Shown here one piece after another: positions 13,901-27,504 of a stretch of 64,000 nucleotides of DNA. Each line of letters starts with the position of its first letter. The stretch's first letter is position 1. Source of the stretch: Amoebidium appalachense. Taxonomy: Eukaryota > Protista > Ichthyosporea. Location: contig CAVNZM010000004.1 in the NCBI GenBank assembly GCA_963693365.1, forward strand, positions 7,539,093 through 7,603,092, in the 5' to 3' direction. Both the position numbers and the translations under genes were made by a program. The notes under the pieces were generated by a model. That model searched no databases. It worked only from the letters and a program-made list of their open reading frames with translations, and was not told the origin of the DNA.

Positions 13901-14929
13901 TCTCTATTAGACCATCTCTATCTATCCCTCTCTCTCTCCCTCCCTCTCTCTCTCTCTCTCCCCCCCCCCCCCCCCCCCCCCCCCCCCGCCCGCTCTCTCT
14001 CTATCTCTACCTGTCTCCCTCTCTCTCTCTCTCCCTCTCTCTCTCCCCCCCCCCCCCCCCCCCTTAGCTCCTTCTCCTTGCCCTGGCCCCCCTCTCTGGC
14101 TCTCCCCCCCTCCTCTCTCTCTCTATTTCTCTCTCTTCTCTCCTCCCTTTCTCACTCTCTCTTTCTCTGTCTCTCTGCCCCCCGGCCCCTCCCCCTGTCT
14201 CTTTTTTTCTCTCCATCTCTCTCCATTTCTCTTTCTCTCTCTCGTTGTGTGCGTGTTTCGGTGTGCGTCACACGTGTGTACGTACGTTTGTTAGTGAGCT
14301 GCGCCCGCCCACATCATGTACATGCCAGAGAGGCCTGTGAACTTACGTTCACGTACGCGTGTCACACGGTGACATAGGGGGACGCTCGCATGCAATGTTG
14401 GTTTGAGTATGAAGATACCTACATGCCCTCCATAGGCCTAATGAAGCGTGGTGCAAGCCTAGATGTTTACGCCCTGTGTTCATGATCCCCGAGCACGTGC
14501 ACGTCAGGTTCCGTCACAGGCCTGCATGTTAACGTTGGGGGAGCCTGTGCCTAACTATTAAACTTTGTACAGGCAGCCTGAATTCCCTACAGTATTGTCT
14601 AATCACTAAATTTTCAGCCTAATAAAGCTTTGCAAGCACATATGTAAGTTCACGTGAATGGACGAGTGCCTTCCCCACTTTATTCTGCTATGTAATCGGA
14701 GAAGAAACTTTAAAGAAGTTCAAACTACATGTATCATAAGGAATCGAGTCTCCAGATCTAGAAGTTTTCATCGATCTCGATTCTCGAAGATTGCGAAACT
14801 TAGGCACTGAAGCGCACAGCTGTGTTTAGTAAGTTTACTGTGGCCGTTTAGCGTCCTGTGATTGGATACTTTCAAACTCAATTCCTATTGGTGTCCTAGT
14901 CGAAGGATCTGGACGCAAACCGCCCTGGG

Positions 14930-14937
14930 TATATAAA
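14930..14937 (+). promoter_or_regulatory. TATA box of the 15065 gene
   Basis: TATATAAA about 130 nt upstream of the ATG, preceded by ATTGG (reverse CCAAT) motifs and followed by an A-rich leader. Confidence 0.6.
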
Positions 14938-15064
14938 TGCGCACACCGCACCCTCTCGTTCATCAGTCAGTTGATCAGTTCAAAGCATACATACAGCAAC
15001 AACAGCCAAAAGCAACAGTTAAAAGCAAACGCGCGCTCACAAAAAACATCAAAAGCGAGTCAAA

Positions 15065-15709
15065 ATGGCCGCCCACGTGATTCTTTCCGCCCTCGCAATT
15101 TCCACCGCCGCCACCCTCGCTGCCGCCCACGGCCAATCGCCTGATTCCTGCACCATCACCAGCGTCGGCATGCTGCAATACGTCGACTTGTCCGTGCAAA
15201 ACCCCGTCACGAAAACTACAGAAACTCAAAGAGTTTATCCCACTGCAGTCGGGGACAAATACGTGGCGCAGGCGACTGTTAATGCCCCCCACAACACAAA
15301 CGTCACCGCTAGCTACGTCTTCTCCTTCACCGATTTGGTACCCCCCCACTCCGGCTCCAACCCGCTTTATGAGCGCACCGTTGGCTGGCTGGGCCACAGG
15401 TATGCGGTCTACAGCATGGGGTTTTGTCTCTTGAAGAGTGACTTTGATGGTGTTTTCCCCTCCGGCACGGAAGTTTACGAAGATGAGCAGCGTTCGAGCC
15501 CCTACACCCTCGCCACGTACACCGTTAAAGATGCTGCACTCAACCTGAGCGGGTTTGTGCTGTCGATGAACTGGTTCGACCCCATCGAGTACCCCAACGC
15601 CTGCAGGTCGGCGGCCACACATGGCACGGCCCCCCTTACGCAGTGCATTGTTCCTGGAGTAATTCTGTCTGCTACAAGCGATGATGCCATGATGATGCTC
15701 GGAAGGTGA
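15065..15709 (+). CDS. Intronless secreted protein of unknown function (214 aa)
   Basis: AAAATGG start context, signal-peptide-like N-terminus (MAAHVILSALAISTAATLAAAHG), four Cys, an N-glycosylation sequon (NVT), complex sequence and an upstream TATA box. Confidence 0.8.
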   Translation: MAAHVILSALAISTAATLAAAHGQSPDSCTITSVGMLQYVDLSVQNPVTKTTETQRVYPTAVGDKYVAQATVNAPHNTNVTASYVFSFTDLVPPHSGSNPLYERTVGWLGHRYAVYSMGFCLLKSDFDGVFPSGTEVYEDEQRSSPYTLATYTVKDAALNLSGFVLSMNWFDPIEYPNACRSAATHGTAPLTQCIVPGVILSATSDDAMMMLGR

Positions 15710-15837
15710 CCGAGAAAGTAGAACACCGACCTTGGCTCAGATGTCCTACCAATATTCTTCAACCGGGGTCCGGGATGCAATTGATATGTATGCCGGGCAT
15801 AGTACTGGTCTGTGACCAAAGGGGTAAAATATATACT

Positions 15838-15940
15838 TTTATTTTTTTTATTTTATATTTTATCACGTTTTGTTCCCGGAGGGCCTTTTCAGGCCCTTTA
15901 GGGAAACTACCGTCTACCACACAGCACCGACAGTACACTA
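15838..15940 (-). mobile_element. 103-bp 5'-truncated retroposed LINE 3' end with 14-bp TSD
   Basis: Near-identical reverse complement of 36612-36708, with an A-rich tail, flanked by GTAAAATATATACT at 15824-15837 and 15941-15954. Confidence 0.85.
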
Positions 15941-17256
15941 GTAAAATATATACTAATCGTAAAAGTTTAATACAGTATCGCTACATTTTTCCAGCATGAG
16001 TTTTTGAACTAAACAAATAAAGTTGAATAAAGCACCAGAAAGGTGGTCAGAGACCACATCACGCAAGAAAGATTGCCCGTCCGCCTACTGCACTCGTATG
16101 TCAGCCCCTCAGCCACTCATACCTATTGTACCCCTCCTTCTGCTTGCCAGGCTCTACACCGTGATGTAGCTATCCCTCCTTTTTTGTCCGGCTTTGTCCC
16201 CAAATAGGGCCCCTTTTAATAGGGGCCCTTTCCCTCCCTCCCTCCCTCCCTCCCTCCCTCCCTCCCTCCCTCCCTCCCGTTCTCTCCTCTCTCTTTCCCT
16301 CTCCCTTTCCAAATGTCATTTTTTATTTATTTCAATAACCACGAAGGCCCCGGGGGTATTATTATACTTCAAATGAATAAGCCTATGGTAGCAAATAAAA
16401 CACACAGGGTATAATAAACGGAATAATAACTTGTTGGCACAAATAATGTTCTCCACCCTTTCTTCGGTTTTTTTATATGTAGTTTTTTTTTTCAGTTTTA
16501 TTCAGCTTTGTGCAAAATAATTCTGTTATTTGCAGATTATTACTGCTGTTTCCCGTATACTGTTCTGCTTTATGCAAATCCTCAGAAAAGAATTCTGCTC
16601 ACAGAAAGTTCACTCTCAGAGTCTGTGTTTAAATTTGGTTCTTCCATTATGGAAAACAACCACGACAAGAATAGCAGACACACACACCCACACATCCACA
16701 CACGTGCGCGCACACACATACCTGAGCGCATAAGCACGCACACACGCACACACGCACACACACACACACACACGCACACACGCACACACACACACACACA
16801 ACCACAAAAACTCATTCGCACGTGCTCAGGCACACACACATATGCACACACAGACACCGTGACATGCACACACACGTGAAGCACACACACACAAAAGCAC
16901 AAAGCATAAGGCTAAACACACACGTACGCACTCATATTTACAAACATACACAGGTACACAAACGTATACAGACACACCCACACTCACACAAAAACACGGA
17001 CACACATATACACACACGGACACACACACACACACACGTACACACGCACTCAATCACACACACACACACATACTCACTCATTCACACACACACACACACG
17101 CACGCACACACACACACACACACACTCTCTCTCTCTCTCCCCCCCCCCCCCCCTCTCTCTCTATCTCTCTCCCCTCTTTCTTTCTCTCTCTCTCTATATA
17201 TATATATATCTTGATATATATAATAGTATATGTATCTCTCTCTCAGCTCTCTCTCC

Positions 17257-17294
<38 letters not shown>

Positions 17295-18215
17295 GATATA
17301 TATATATACTATCCTTATATGTATATATATATATGATATCTATATCTATATATAGATATAGCCTCATATATCTATATGTAGTACTATTTCTATATATAGA
17401 TATAGTATATAATATGATATATATATATATCACCCTAACCGTGACACCGTACTGTGCTACAGTACAAGCCGGCTTTAAATTTCTTACAGGTTCAAGTGTA
17501 GCATGAGAGCTGTTCTTCTACTACATAGTACTAATATTAGAAACTCAGGTTACAAATTTGATGATGAAACAACCCAATAAATAACTAATTTAGATAGAAA
17601 ATCCCCCCAAGACGCAAAGTGGCGAGTCGGCCTCTTGTGTTTGCACCTTCCCCCCCCCCCCCCCCCCCCCCCCCCCCCTTCGTCCCCCGTCCTGCCGCCG
17701 CTGCCGCCCCTCTAAACGCACACACACGCACATACAGACACACATACTCATCCCCCTACCCACCACGGCCAGTTGGTACGTAGCCGGGCCCACGTGTGTC
17801 CACTGGTTCCCATATATGGCAGCTAGGGCCCCGACCTCCTCCTCTGCCTCGCTGCGTGTTGTGTGTGTTTATGAATGTATAGCACTTTTCGGTAAAAGGG
17901 GTGTAGCATTTGTGTGTGTGGGTGTGTTTGTGCCCATGTCCGCATGTGTGTGCGTGTGTCCGCGTGTGTGTATCCTTGTGGCCAAAGCCATTGCATGTGT
18001 GTGTGTAATGTTGTGCACTGCACATGTGCATGCAAGTGACTGTGCATGCGCATATGTGCATGGCTTGTGGTGTGTGGGTGGGCTTGTGGTGTGTGGGTGT
18101 ATCTATCCAAGTTGGTGTGCGTGTATGTTTGTATTGTGTGTATGTGCGTATGCATAGCCCTTGCGTGTGGGTCCGGGTGTTGTCTTGGTGTGTGTGCACA
18201 CTTGCATGTGCAGCT

Positions 18216-18368
18216 GCGCATGCCTGCGTGCATGTTCTTGTGCGTGCGCATGCCTGCGTGCATGTTCTTGTGCGTGTGCATGCCTGCGTGCATGTTCTTG
18301 TGCGTGCGCATGCCTGCGTGCATGTTCTTGTGCGTGCGCATGCCTGCGTGCATGTTCTTGTGCGTGCG
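18216..18368 (+). repeat. 30-bp tandem repeat x5
   Basis: (GCGCATGCCTGCGTGCATGTTCTTGTGCGT)5. Confidence 0.9.
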
Positions 18369-18491
18369 CAGCGCGTGCGGGTTTCGGCGTAGCCATGTGG
18401 TGGGCGCCACTGCATGTGTGTGTGGGTGGTGTTGTGTACTGCATATATTCATGTCACCCACAACCAAGCACGTGCACACACACGCACACAC

Positions 18492-19486
18492 CTTGTGCCA
18501 AACCCAACTCCGTCAGTGACTTGAGGACCAGGTCAGCCAGGATCTCATGGTGGCTGTCCATGAACTGCAGCAACCCACTCTGGCTGACAACCTGCCAATC
18601 ACAGCACGCAGTTAGATCCAGCCAAGCAATCATCCTGCACGTTTAAATCTTCGGGAGGTGACAGTTGTGCAAGAGTTTTGCATTTAGTTATTTGTGCACA
18701 CATTAAAGACTAAGAGCACAGGCACACTGCCCAGCCCACGCACAAATCGCATGAACTAAGGAACACACACATCACGGAGTGCAAAGACATTGGCCATGCA
18801 CAAAGTGATGTGGTTTTGAAGCACACAAACACATCACAAAGATCAAAGACACTGCCCACACACAGATTCCACACACAGATTCCATGAATTACAGAGCACA
18901 CAAAGACACTACCGATGCGCAGATTCCATGAATTAAAGCACAAAAGAAGACACTACCCATGCACACATTTCAATGTTCAGGATACAGTGGACACTGCCCA
19001 TTAACACATTTCAAGAATATAATACGCTGCCTCACACATTTGAAATGATTAAGAACCTGCCCATGCACACGTTCCAAGACACTTCCAATGCATACATTCC
19101 AAGACTTAAGGCCGCTGCACATGCACACCGGATTAAGGACACTGCCCATGCACACATTACAAGAACCGAATACAGTTCACATGCACACATCCCAAGAATT
19201 AAAGACAATTCACATCAAGCACCGAATACAAATTCACATGCACACATCCCAAAAATTAAAGACAATTCACATCAAGAACCGATTACAATTCACATGCACA
19301 CATCCCAAGAATTAAAGACAATTCACATGCACACATCCCAAGAATTAAAGACAATTCACATGCACACATTGCACCCATCACGGCCCATGCACATAGAGAT
19401 ACAGAAAGGCACCCACCCCAATCAGCTGGTCGTCAGGTGACATCACAGGTACCCGGTGTACCCCTCGTGCAAACACCTCTGCATGC

Positions 19487-19564
<78 letters not shown>

Positions 19565-20718
19565 CGTGCGTGCGTGTGTGCATGTGCGCATGTGTGTGCG
19601 TGTGCATGGGTCTGGATGTGTGAAAAACGCACGTGGGGGTGGGGATAGGGATGGGGGTAGGGGATGGGGTAACATAAGCCAAGTGTTACGATGCTATAGA
19701 TGTGTCCGCGGCTCAGATTGCGGATTAAAAGCTAGCAGGCCTGGATCGACGAAATGGGCCCGAATGCTTTTTCATCCATAAAAGACACTGTAATCTATGC
19801 ACTATAAGCCTAACAAACTTAGGCTCAAAACGTGAAGACTTAAAAGACCTTTTTATTGACACCATTCGTTGCTTGGCGCGACAAAAAAGCATAAAGTTTT
19901 ACTAAAAAAGACTTGGTTTTGTAGCCAAGACGCCGTTGGCGCCGGCGGCGTTAGAAGTTCAAATTGCCATCCGATGAGATGCCGCCGGGGGGAGCCTACG
20001 AATTTGGGCTGACAAATTTAATTGGTCAATTTAGATAGACCGTCCAACATTTCGAATTTCGGTTGCTATGAAGGGGTGTGCATTAACGTTTTACTTAGTG
20101 AAAGTTTGTGTTATAATTTACTATGTAGCAAAACTTGGTGCCAAAATGAGCGTCTTTGTTTCTGCGTATTTTCAATCAAGCATGTATGGGGTTTTGACAG
20201 CTGTAGCGGCTGAAATATTGAATAAAATGCTGGCGACATACGCCATTATCGATCTGGGCCTACTAGCGTTTATTCCGTCGAATCTGGTCCCGCGGACACA
20301 TCTATTTAGTAGTGTTATGGTGCACACACAGTTCGAGAGTGTGTGGGCTAAACCTCACCACACAGGATGGTGATGGGTGCATGTGTGTATGGCCACTGTC
20401 GTATGACCTGTTTGGGTCACGCGGCGTTTATATATTGCATCCTCAGTGCTAGAGTTACTGTGCGCTGTGGGAGAGAGAGGGGGGGGGAGGAGGAGGAGCG
20501 GAAAGGGGGGGGGGGGCAAATGGGCGAGAAAGGTGTGGGGAGGAGCAATGTATTGATGGTTTTCACCTTCTTCAGAAGAAGACATGGAAGGCAAAGGATA
20601 GGAGAAGTGGGAGTTTTTTGGCCAATACCAGTGCTTTTAAACGGTCTCCTTCGTTCCTTCTTTTTTATAATTTTCTCCATTTCTTTCTTTCTTTTGTTTT
20701 TCGTCGTTGTTGTTGTTT

Positions 20719-20767
<49 letters not shown>

Positions 20768-21749
20768 GAATCCGCGTGCACGTGAGCACGCCGTGTGTGT
20801 GTGAGTGGGGAGGAGGAGGAGGGGGGGGGAGGGGGGAGGGGGGGGGGGGGGTCAGCACCAGCCAGCTGGAAGAGATCGCCTGAGGGATAGACGGTGCAGA
20901 TGGGGTTGGCCTGGGAATTGCCTGCAAATAGAAGAGGGGGTCAGCATGTGCATGCCATTACACTTACTCACACGTACATGCACCATACACCAACTAACAC
21001 GTATATGCGCCATACACTCACTCGCACTGTGCATGCGCCATACACTCACTCGCACTGTGCACAGCCACCAGTCAATATGCATACAAATCCTGCAAGTGCA
21101 GTTGGTACAATGCGTCAGGATGCAACGGCCGGGCTGCATCGCTCACCTTTCACCCCTACATCACATGCCCATTACCCTCCCCCCCCCCCCCCGCCCCCCT
21201 CCCCCTTCCCACCCCCACCCCCCACAAAAAATGGTTAAGAACGGAAGAGAGGAAAAAAAATAAAGGAGAAAAGCCCACAGCGACACCGTCTTCTTCTTTT
21301 GTGCTCCTCAGCCCTGTGGCCTGGTGCTAGTTTCCATGTCGTTTTCTCACAGGCGGTGAACGAGAGAAGAGGTGCATTTTCCTTTAGACCTGGAGGGTGG
21401 GGGAGAAGGGCGGAGGGAGGGAGGGGAGGAGGAGGGGGGCGGAGGGGGAGGGGGAGGGATTACGCACCCATGACAGAGTGGACGGGGCGTAGGCCGTAGC
21501 GTATGGCACGGTGCTGGATGGTGTCTGTGTCTGTGCACCAGGCAGGGGGGTGGACGGGGTGGTGGGGTCCAGCAGGAAGGCATCGAGCATGTGGGCCGCT
21601 ATGTCCATCGCATCCAGCATGCCCACCACCTGGGTGAGAGGAGGTTAGCTGCCCTCCACCTGCCAGTTCCCTGCATGCCTTGCACTGAGCCTGCTGGGCA
21701 GAACTACCCATATATATATATTGTCACCTGGAACTTATCCCCCCCCTCT

Positions 21750-21812
<63 letters not shown>

Positions 21813-22284
21813 GCCCATCCAGCCAAATGCTCACAGGGCAGAACGGTTGCACCAAAGGGTTGTTCACTTGGAGCAGCATAAGAGGCAGGGACAAACATGT
21901 GTATATATTCTTCTTTCAGTCTTGCCCTTATCAACAGACGGTCCCCCCCTCCCCTCCCCTTTTCAGGTGTGTGTGTGTGCGTGCGTGCGTGTCTTCGAAG
22001 GGGGGGGGGGGAGGGTGGATAAGATGGGGCATCTTATTAGCGGGGGGGGGGGGGGGGGGAGGGGGAACGGAGGCGGGGAGAGGGGAGGGGGGAGGAGAGG
22101 AGGAGTGAGAATGGGGAGTGGTGGGTGTGTGTGCTGGGGGGGGGGGGGGAGGGGGGGGGAGGGAGAAGGAAGAGACGTGCCTTTCCAGTCAGGTCGACTA
22201 CGGGAGCTGAGAGGATGTTGTTGGCTGCAAGCACTTTCATGGCCTTGTCCACAGACATGCTGGGCTGTGCGCGCGCGCGCGCGC

Positions 22285-22340
<56 letters not shown>

Positions 22341-22407
22341 GTGTGTATGTGTGGTTGGAAAGGACGAAAGAGATTTCGTTTTCTTTTTCTTTTTTTCCTT
22401 TTTCTTT

Positions 22408-22438
<31 letters not shown>

Positions 22439-22704
22439 GGGGGAGAGAGAGAGAGAGAGATGGGGGGGGGGGGGTGGGGAGGGGAGGGCAATTAGTGTTG
22501 TGTCCCTGTGACGTATAATTGGCCGTGCACCACGTTTTTCTAAGCCGCTGGGGATGTTGATCAGTTATTGCTTGATCCAATAGTGATCCCCCAACCATAT
22601 ATTGCAAACTTTTGGATCAAACAAAAGAGGGTGGAGGGGGGAGGGGGTGGGGAGAGGGGACTTGGTGAGGAAGGATTTTTTGGGAGAATGAGGGGACCCG
22701 GGGG

Positions 22705-22746
<42 letters not shown>

Positions 22747-23144
22747 GGGGATACCTCCAGCTTGACGACACCTTGTGGGTGGGCCACGGCATGCAGGTCG
22801 CTGATTGCGTAGCGCTGCAGACGCACCTCCCTGCTGGGCATGTTGTCCAGACGCAGCACGGGCATGCGGAAGGCCCCCGGTGGAAGCGTGTAGAACTCAG
22901 GCAGTATGCCCTGGGGGTGGTATAGAGGTGCCTGCTGGTGGTGGGGTGGGTGCGGGTGGTTCTTGTTGGGGTTCTGCTTGTGCGCCCGAGGTTTGGACTT
23001 GTACACGTGACTGTTGCCTGCATGTGCCTTTGGGCCGTGCCCGGCAGGCACTGGGTGGTCGGTCTTGACGGCGGTGGACATGTTGACGTACTGGGTGCAA
23101 GAGGTAGGTGTGATCACGGGCAGCAGGACGGGCCACACACTCAT
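18492..23144 (-). CDS. CBS-domain protein (SDS23/AMPK-gamma-like), multi-exon, 3' end not found, one apparent frameshift
   Basis: Exons 23144-22755, 22264-22181, 21629-21468, 20921-20859, 19478-19417 and 18591-18492 give CBS motifs: MSVDKAMKVLAANNILSAPVVDLTGK|VVGMLDAMDIAAHML ... RPVHSVMG|NSQANPICTVYPSGDLFQLAE|VFARGVHRVPVMSPDDQLIG|VVSQSGLLQFM. One GC donor at 22180; a frame change is needed within 21545-21580. Confidence 0.75.
18700..19370 (+). repeat. Degenerate ~33-bp intronic minisatellite
   Basis: Units such as GCACACATCCCAAGAATTAAAGACAATTCACAT, best conserved at 19180-19370. Confidence 0.75.
19696..20305. mobile_element. ~610-bp MITE in an intron of the CBS gene
   Basis: About 60-bp imperfect TIRs: ATAGATGTGTCCGCGG..CAGATT..CGGA..AAA.GCTAG.AGGCC..GATCGA at 19696-19757 and the reverse complement at 20243-20305. 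Possible TA TSD; no coding capacity. Confidence 0.8.
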
Positions 23145-24939
23145 GGTGGATGAAGAATGTTTTTGAACACTCACACGCACACGCAAACACACACTCCTTC
23201 ACACACATTGAGGCACACTCAAGTGTCACTTTATTACAAATACATTCTTTACATACCCGCAGGCGGCAGTGAAACTCGTAGCCGTGAACACAAACACCAG
23301 CACACACACAAACACACGTTAACTACCGTAGGCTACACAACATGCATGTTACAACGCACATGCTGCACAGGTGAACGTACACACACGGATACTTCACGAA
23401 CGTATGACACACACATGAATAAACACACATGTAACAACAAAAACTTAAAAACATACACATAAACACACAGACAGGAAGAATCACTCTCTGCCAACCTTAG
23501 AAACCAATGCCGGCTCCTGGCGCTAGCTTTCTTGCATAAATCGGCGCTTATTGTGGCAGACACGTCTCTTGGGCAGCCTGGAAGAGCAATTTTTTTTTTG
23601 CTGTTGTGAACTAACGGGAAGGGGGAAAATTTGACAGTAAAATCTCCGATGTTGAAGTGTCTTACAGGGGCATCACTGGGAAAGGGCCCAGTTTATTCGC
23701 GTCAAATGCAACGAGTGAATGGAAACACACGGAAAACGCACTTCCGATCGGTTTATATACCCTGGCCTGCAAAAGTGACCCGGCGATTGTGGCTCACTTG
23801 GGCTCACCCAACCGTACCTATAATAGAAACGGATGCCGCAAAACCCCAAATTAACAATAATGGGGTTTTATGACGAAACAGAGTGTAAAAATAGGTGTTC
23901 AATACAATTTACGCAAATGACGTAGGATCTATACACAGTGATATGAATTCAATTTCTACATTTAAATTATTATGCCAATCAGTAATCCCCAGTCCTGATG
24001 GCGGGAACAATAATCCAATCATAAAATTTATAAACAAAAGAATCACACTTCTATTCGCACAAAGTCATTCAATCTAAAACCTCATGGAAGCTGCTCGCTC
24101 AAAAAAAACATCACGGCCCTGCGGCGGCGAGATTTTACCAAGCAAGCCTTGACACCGTCTGGTCGCAGAGCTGAGTTTTGTTGAACGGCGTCCAGATCAC
24201 AGAATGTGAATTGAAATAAGGAAGTATGAGAAAGCGGCATAATATGAACACCTTAAAAATTCTTAAAATTTCATTTTATTCTCTACTAGAATGTATTTCT
24301 TCTTGGTACTGAGCTTTGAAAGGCTGACAATTGTGTGCGCTTTTGAGTTCACTTAACCCTTGGACAATTTCCATTGGATGTGTATCACAGCATCCTGGCT
24401 GTTAACGCATCCTATTGGTTGGATTTTTTTGTCGCGAATTTGAAAATCACTGGGCCAGCCGGCCGCGGAGTCTGGCGGCGGCCAGAGCCTGCCAGCTGGG
24501 GCCGATCGTAAGTCGTGACCGTGGCACCGTGGCGCTTCGGAAAAGCTGTCAGAGGCCCCTTTCAAAGCTGGCCTTGTTGGGAGCAACCCGGTCAAAGCAT
24601 TGTTGGGCAGCTTGCAGAATGTTCCGTTCGTGCTCGCCAACATATGGGGTGGCATAGTTTACAGGCGCAGGGCAGGCGTGGAAGACTACGTGAAACCAAG
24701 ACCACGCCCGTTGTAAACATAGGTGGGTGGTACGATCATGCGGTGCTTTGTTTCGGGGGCACGTGGGCGTATTCATGTCGCCCTGGTGGTGAGTGCATGC
24801 ACGAATGTTTGCCAGCTTTTGTGTGGTGTTGTGTGAGTGTTCCGTTGTGCCGCTTGTCTTGCTGCGCGTGAAGCATGAAACATGCATCCTCGTGTGCCAT
24901 TGAACACTTTTGGTCGTGCAAGTACAAGCTCGGGAACCG

Positions 24940-24975
<36 letters not shown>

Positions 24976-26179
24976 CGCTTCCCCCCTCTACCCTCCCTCC
25001 CTCCCCGGTCCCCCCCCCCCCCCCCCTGCTGCTCCCCCCTCCCCTTCCCCCCGGCCCTATCCCCGCTGCCTCCCCCCCCCCCCTCCCCCCCCCCCCCCTC
25101 ACCCCGGCTGCTCGGCCCCCCCCCCCCCCCCCTTCCCCCCTCCCCCCGGGGGCCCTCTCTTGTCCACGTAGGCTCTTTCTTTTTAACTTGCTATGTGCGT
25201 GCATTGAGTGTGGGAGTGCATGCATTTCTCGTTCTATTTCTGTGGGAGACCAGTGTGCCTTGTGTTTGACTTTGTGCCTGTTTCTATTTAGCTCGGTTGG
25301 AGAGGTGGTGGAGGTGGCAGGGCATGTGGTGGGGAGGAGGGGAAATGGGAAAGGGGGAGGGGGGGGGGTCGGTGGGGGGGGGGGGGGGGGGGGGGGGGGG
25401 GGAGGTGAGGTACGGGAGTTCTTTGAGTGAAGGGAGGGATGGTTTGCACTCTTAGGTAGGGAGGGCAAGTACTTTGTGGAAAGGCTTGCCTGTAGGCGCT
25501 TGAAAGTCGGTGGTTACAGGTATGGGGGAGCCATGTTGCACAAAAACCATGGAATTAATGCAGACAAAGTAAGGAGGAAGGACAAGGAAAAGTAAACCCT
25601 GTTGTCTTGGGGCACGGCCTTATTTCTGTTTTAGCTCCGGTTCACCCGCCCAGCAGGACTGCATAGATCAACATCGCTCGGAATTTGCTTTGCCAAGTGC
25701 GCACAGTGTGTGATCATCATTACTACTCGGCCAACAACTTAAGATAAAAAAAATTTAGTGTACCACCCCTGTATCCAGTGTGAAGGAGCCATGTGTGCCA
25801 CACCAGTTACGTACACAATTGTTAGATGACTACCCGTGATTCTTAAGGGCATGGTCTTATACACCACCCACACCGTCCCGTTACCTGTTTGCTGTTTCCG
25901 CCAATAGGAATTGAGGTATGCCCGGACAGCCAATAGACAATTACACAGCACAATGTGACCACATATTTGCAGGTGGCTGGCAGCCAATGATATCACAGTA
26001 TTATTATATTGTATTATTCTAAATCGACCAGTCCCAGCGAACCATGATTTGCCTCGGGGTGATAAATTAGTGTCTAACCAAATAGAGAGTTGACATCTCT
26101 CCCCGTCACGAGCCTTCTCCAACCCAGAACACCTCCCAACTCCACATTAACCACAAAACAGTGGTGTCCCAGGCGGACC

Positions 26180-26224
<45 letters not shown>

Positions 26225-26415
26225 AGGGCCGGAGGGGAGGGAGGGGGGGGGGGGGGGAAATATGTTAGCACACGGGAGGCCGTGCATGCAAACATAGTGT
26301 TTGGTGATTATTGGTTTTAAGTTGTGGAGGATCCCAGTGAGGCGAATATGTGGAATCTCAAAAGTACGGAAATTTCGGATATTGAGAGCCCCAGGGGACC
26401 GCGGGCCTGGGGGGA

Positions 26416-26456
<41 letters not shown>

Positions 26457-27428
26457 GGGGGGGGGGGAGGGGGGGGGAGGGGGGGGGGGGGGCTGAGGAG
26501 GGGCTCCGTTATTACCGACAGTGATCCCCCCTCCCTCCCCCGGGGAGGGGGCGGGGGAGGGGCTCCGTTATTACCGACAGTGATCCCCCCCCCCCCCCCC
26601 CCCCCCCACCACCACCACCACCACCCGTCTTTACCCCCGGTCACTCTTCCCTTCCCCTCAACCGGGTTGCAGATGTTGACCAACGTCAAGTTCTCACCAG
26701 CTACAAGTGAATGCAATACAGCAGCTAGAGAGTCACAGCTGGTGCTTTTTTTGTTTTCCCTCCCCCCTCCCTCCCCCCCCCCCTCCCCTCCCCTCCCCCC
26801 CCCCCCTCTCTCCCCCCCCCCCCCCCCCTCCCCCCTTTGCCACACACACACACCGCAGCCGTTTCGAATTCACCGTCACCATATGATCTTCAACAGGAAC
26901 AAACTTCATATCACAAAAAAACACTCTACCACACCAAGCTATCATAGTGTCTACAATTCTCGGCTTTGAACCAACAATATTCAATACAAAGCTTTAAAGA
27001 ATGTACCGAGGCTGTCAAAAGGTTTTAAATATTACGATAACCACCCCCCCCGGGCTGGGGGGGGGGGGGGGGGGGGGATGGGGGGAGGGGGGATGACTCA
27101 GGGGGAGGGGTTTAGGGGGGAACGAGGTAGGGGGAGGAAGGTCCTTCCACTTCCGGGTGCCCAACTTGAAAAATATTCTTTGGAAGACAATGTTTCCTTC
27201 TTGGCTCTTGCCTAAAACGACCCGAAGAGTTTGTGTGGCTTCCGTATAGAACGAAATCATATAGAAAGGAATCATTATGTGTGTGTGCGTCACAAGGCAG
27301 AGAAACAGTGTGTGTTTTAGAATGCGAGTGCCACACGATGTGTGTTTCTGCAGCGTTTTGTGCATGTGCATACCGGTGTGCGTGCCTTTGTATGCGTGGG
27401 TCAAATGGTGCTGTGTACGTGTGTCACG

Positions 27429-27504
<76 letters not shown>

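Noticed and set aside
14336-14652. MITE with GTGAACTTAC/GTAAGTTCAC ends
   Set aside because: Only a 10-bp inverted match, with no TSD and no second copy in the window.
14975-15622. 215-aa minus-strand ORF; likewise 1627-2076 and 58103-58675
   Set aside because: Antisense shadows of better-supported genes on the opposite strand.
24415-24871. Possible first exon, e.g. EF-Tu-like PVVNIG before a GT donor
   Set aside because: No downstream TIGHVDHGKT exon found. A gene may exist at 24.4-26.8 kb but cannot be supported.
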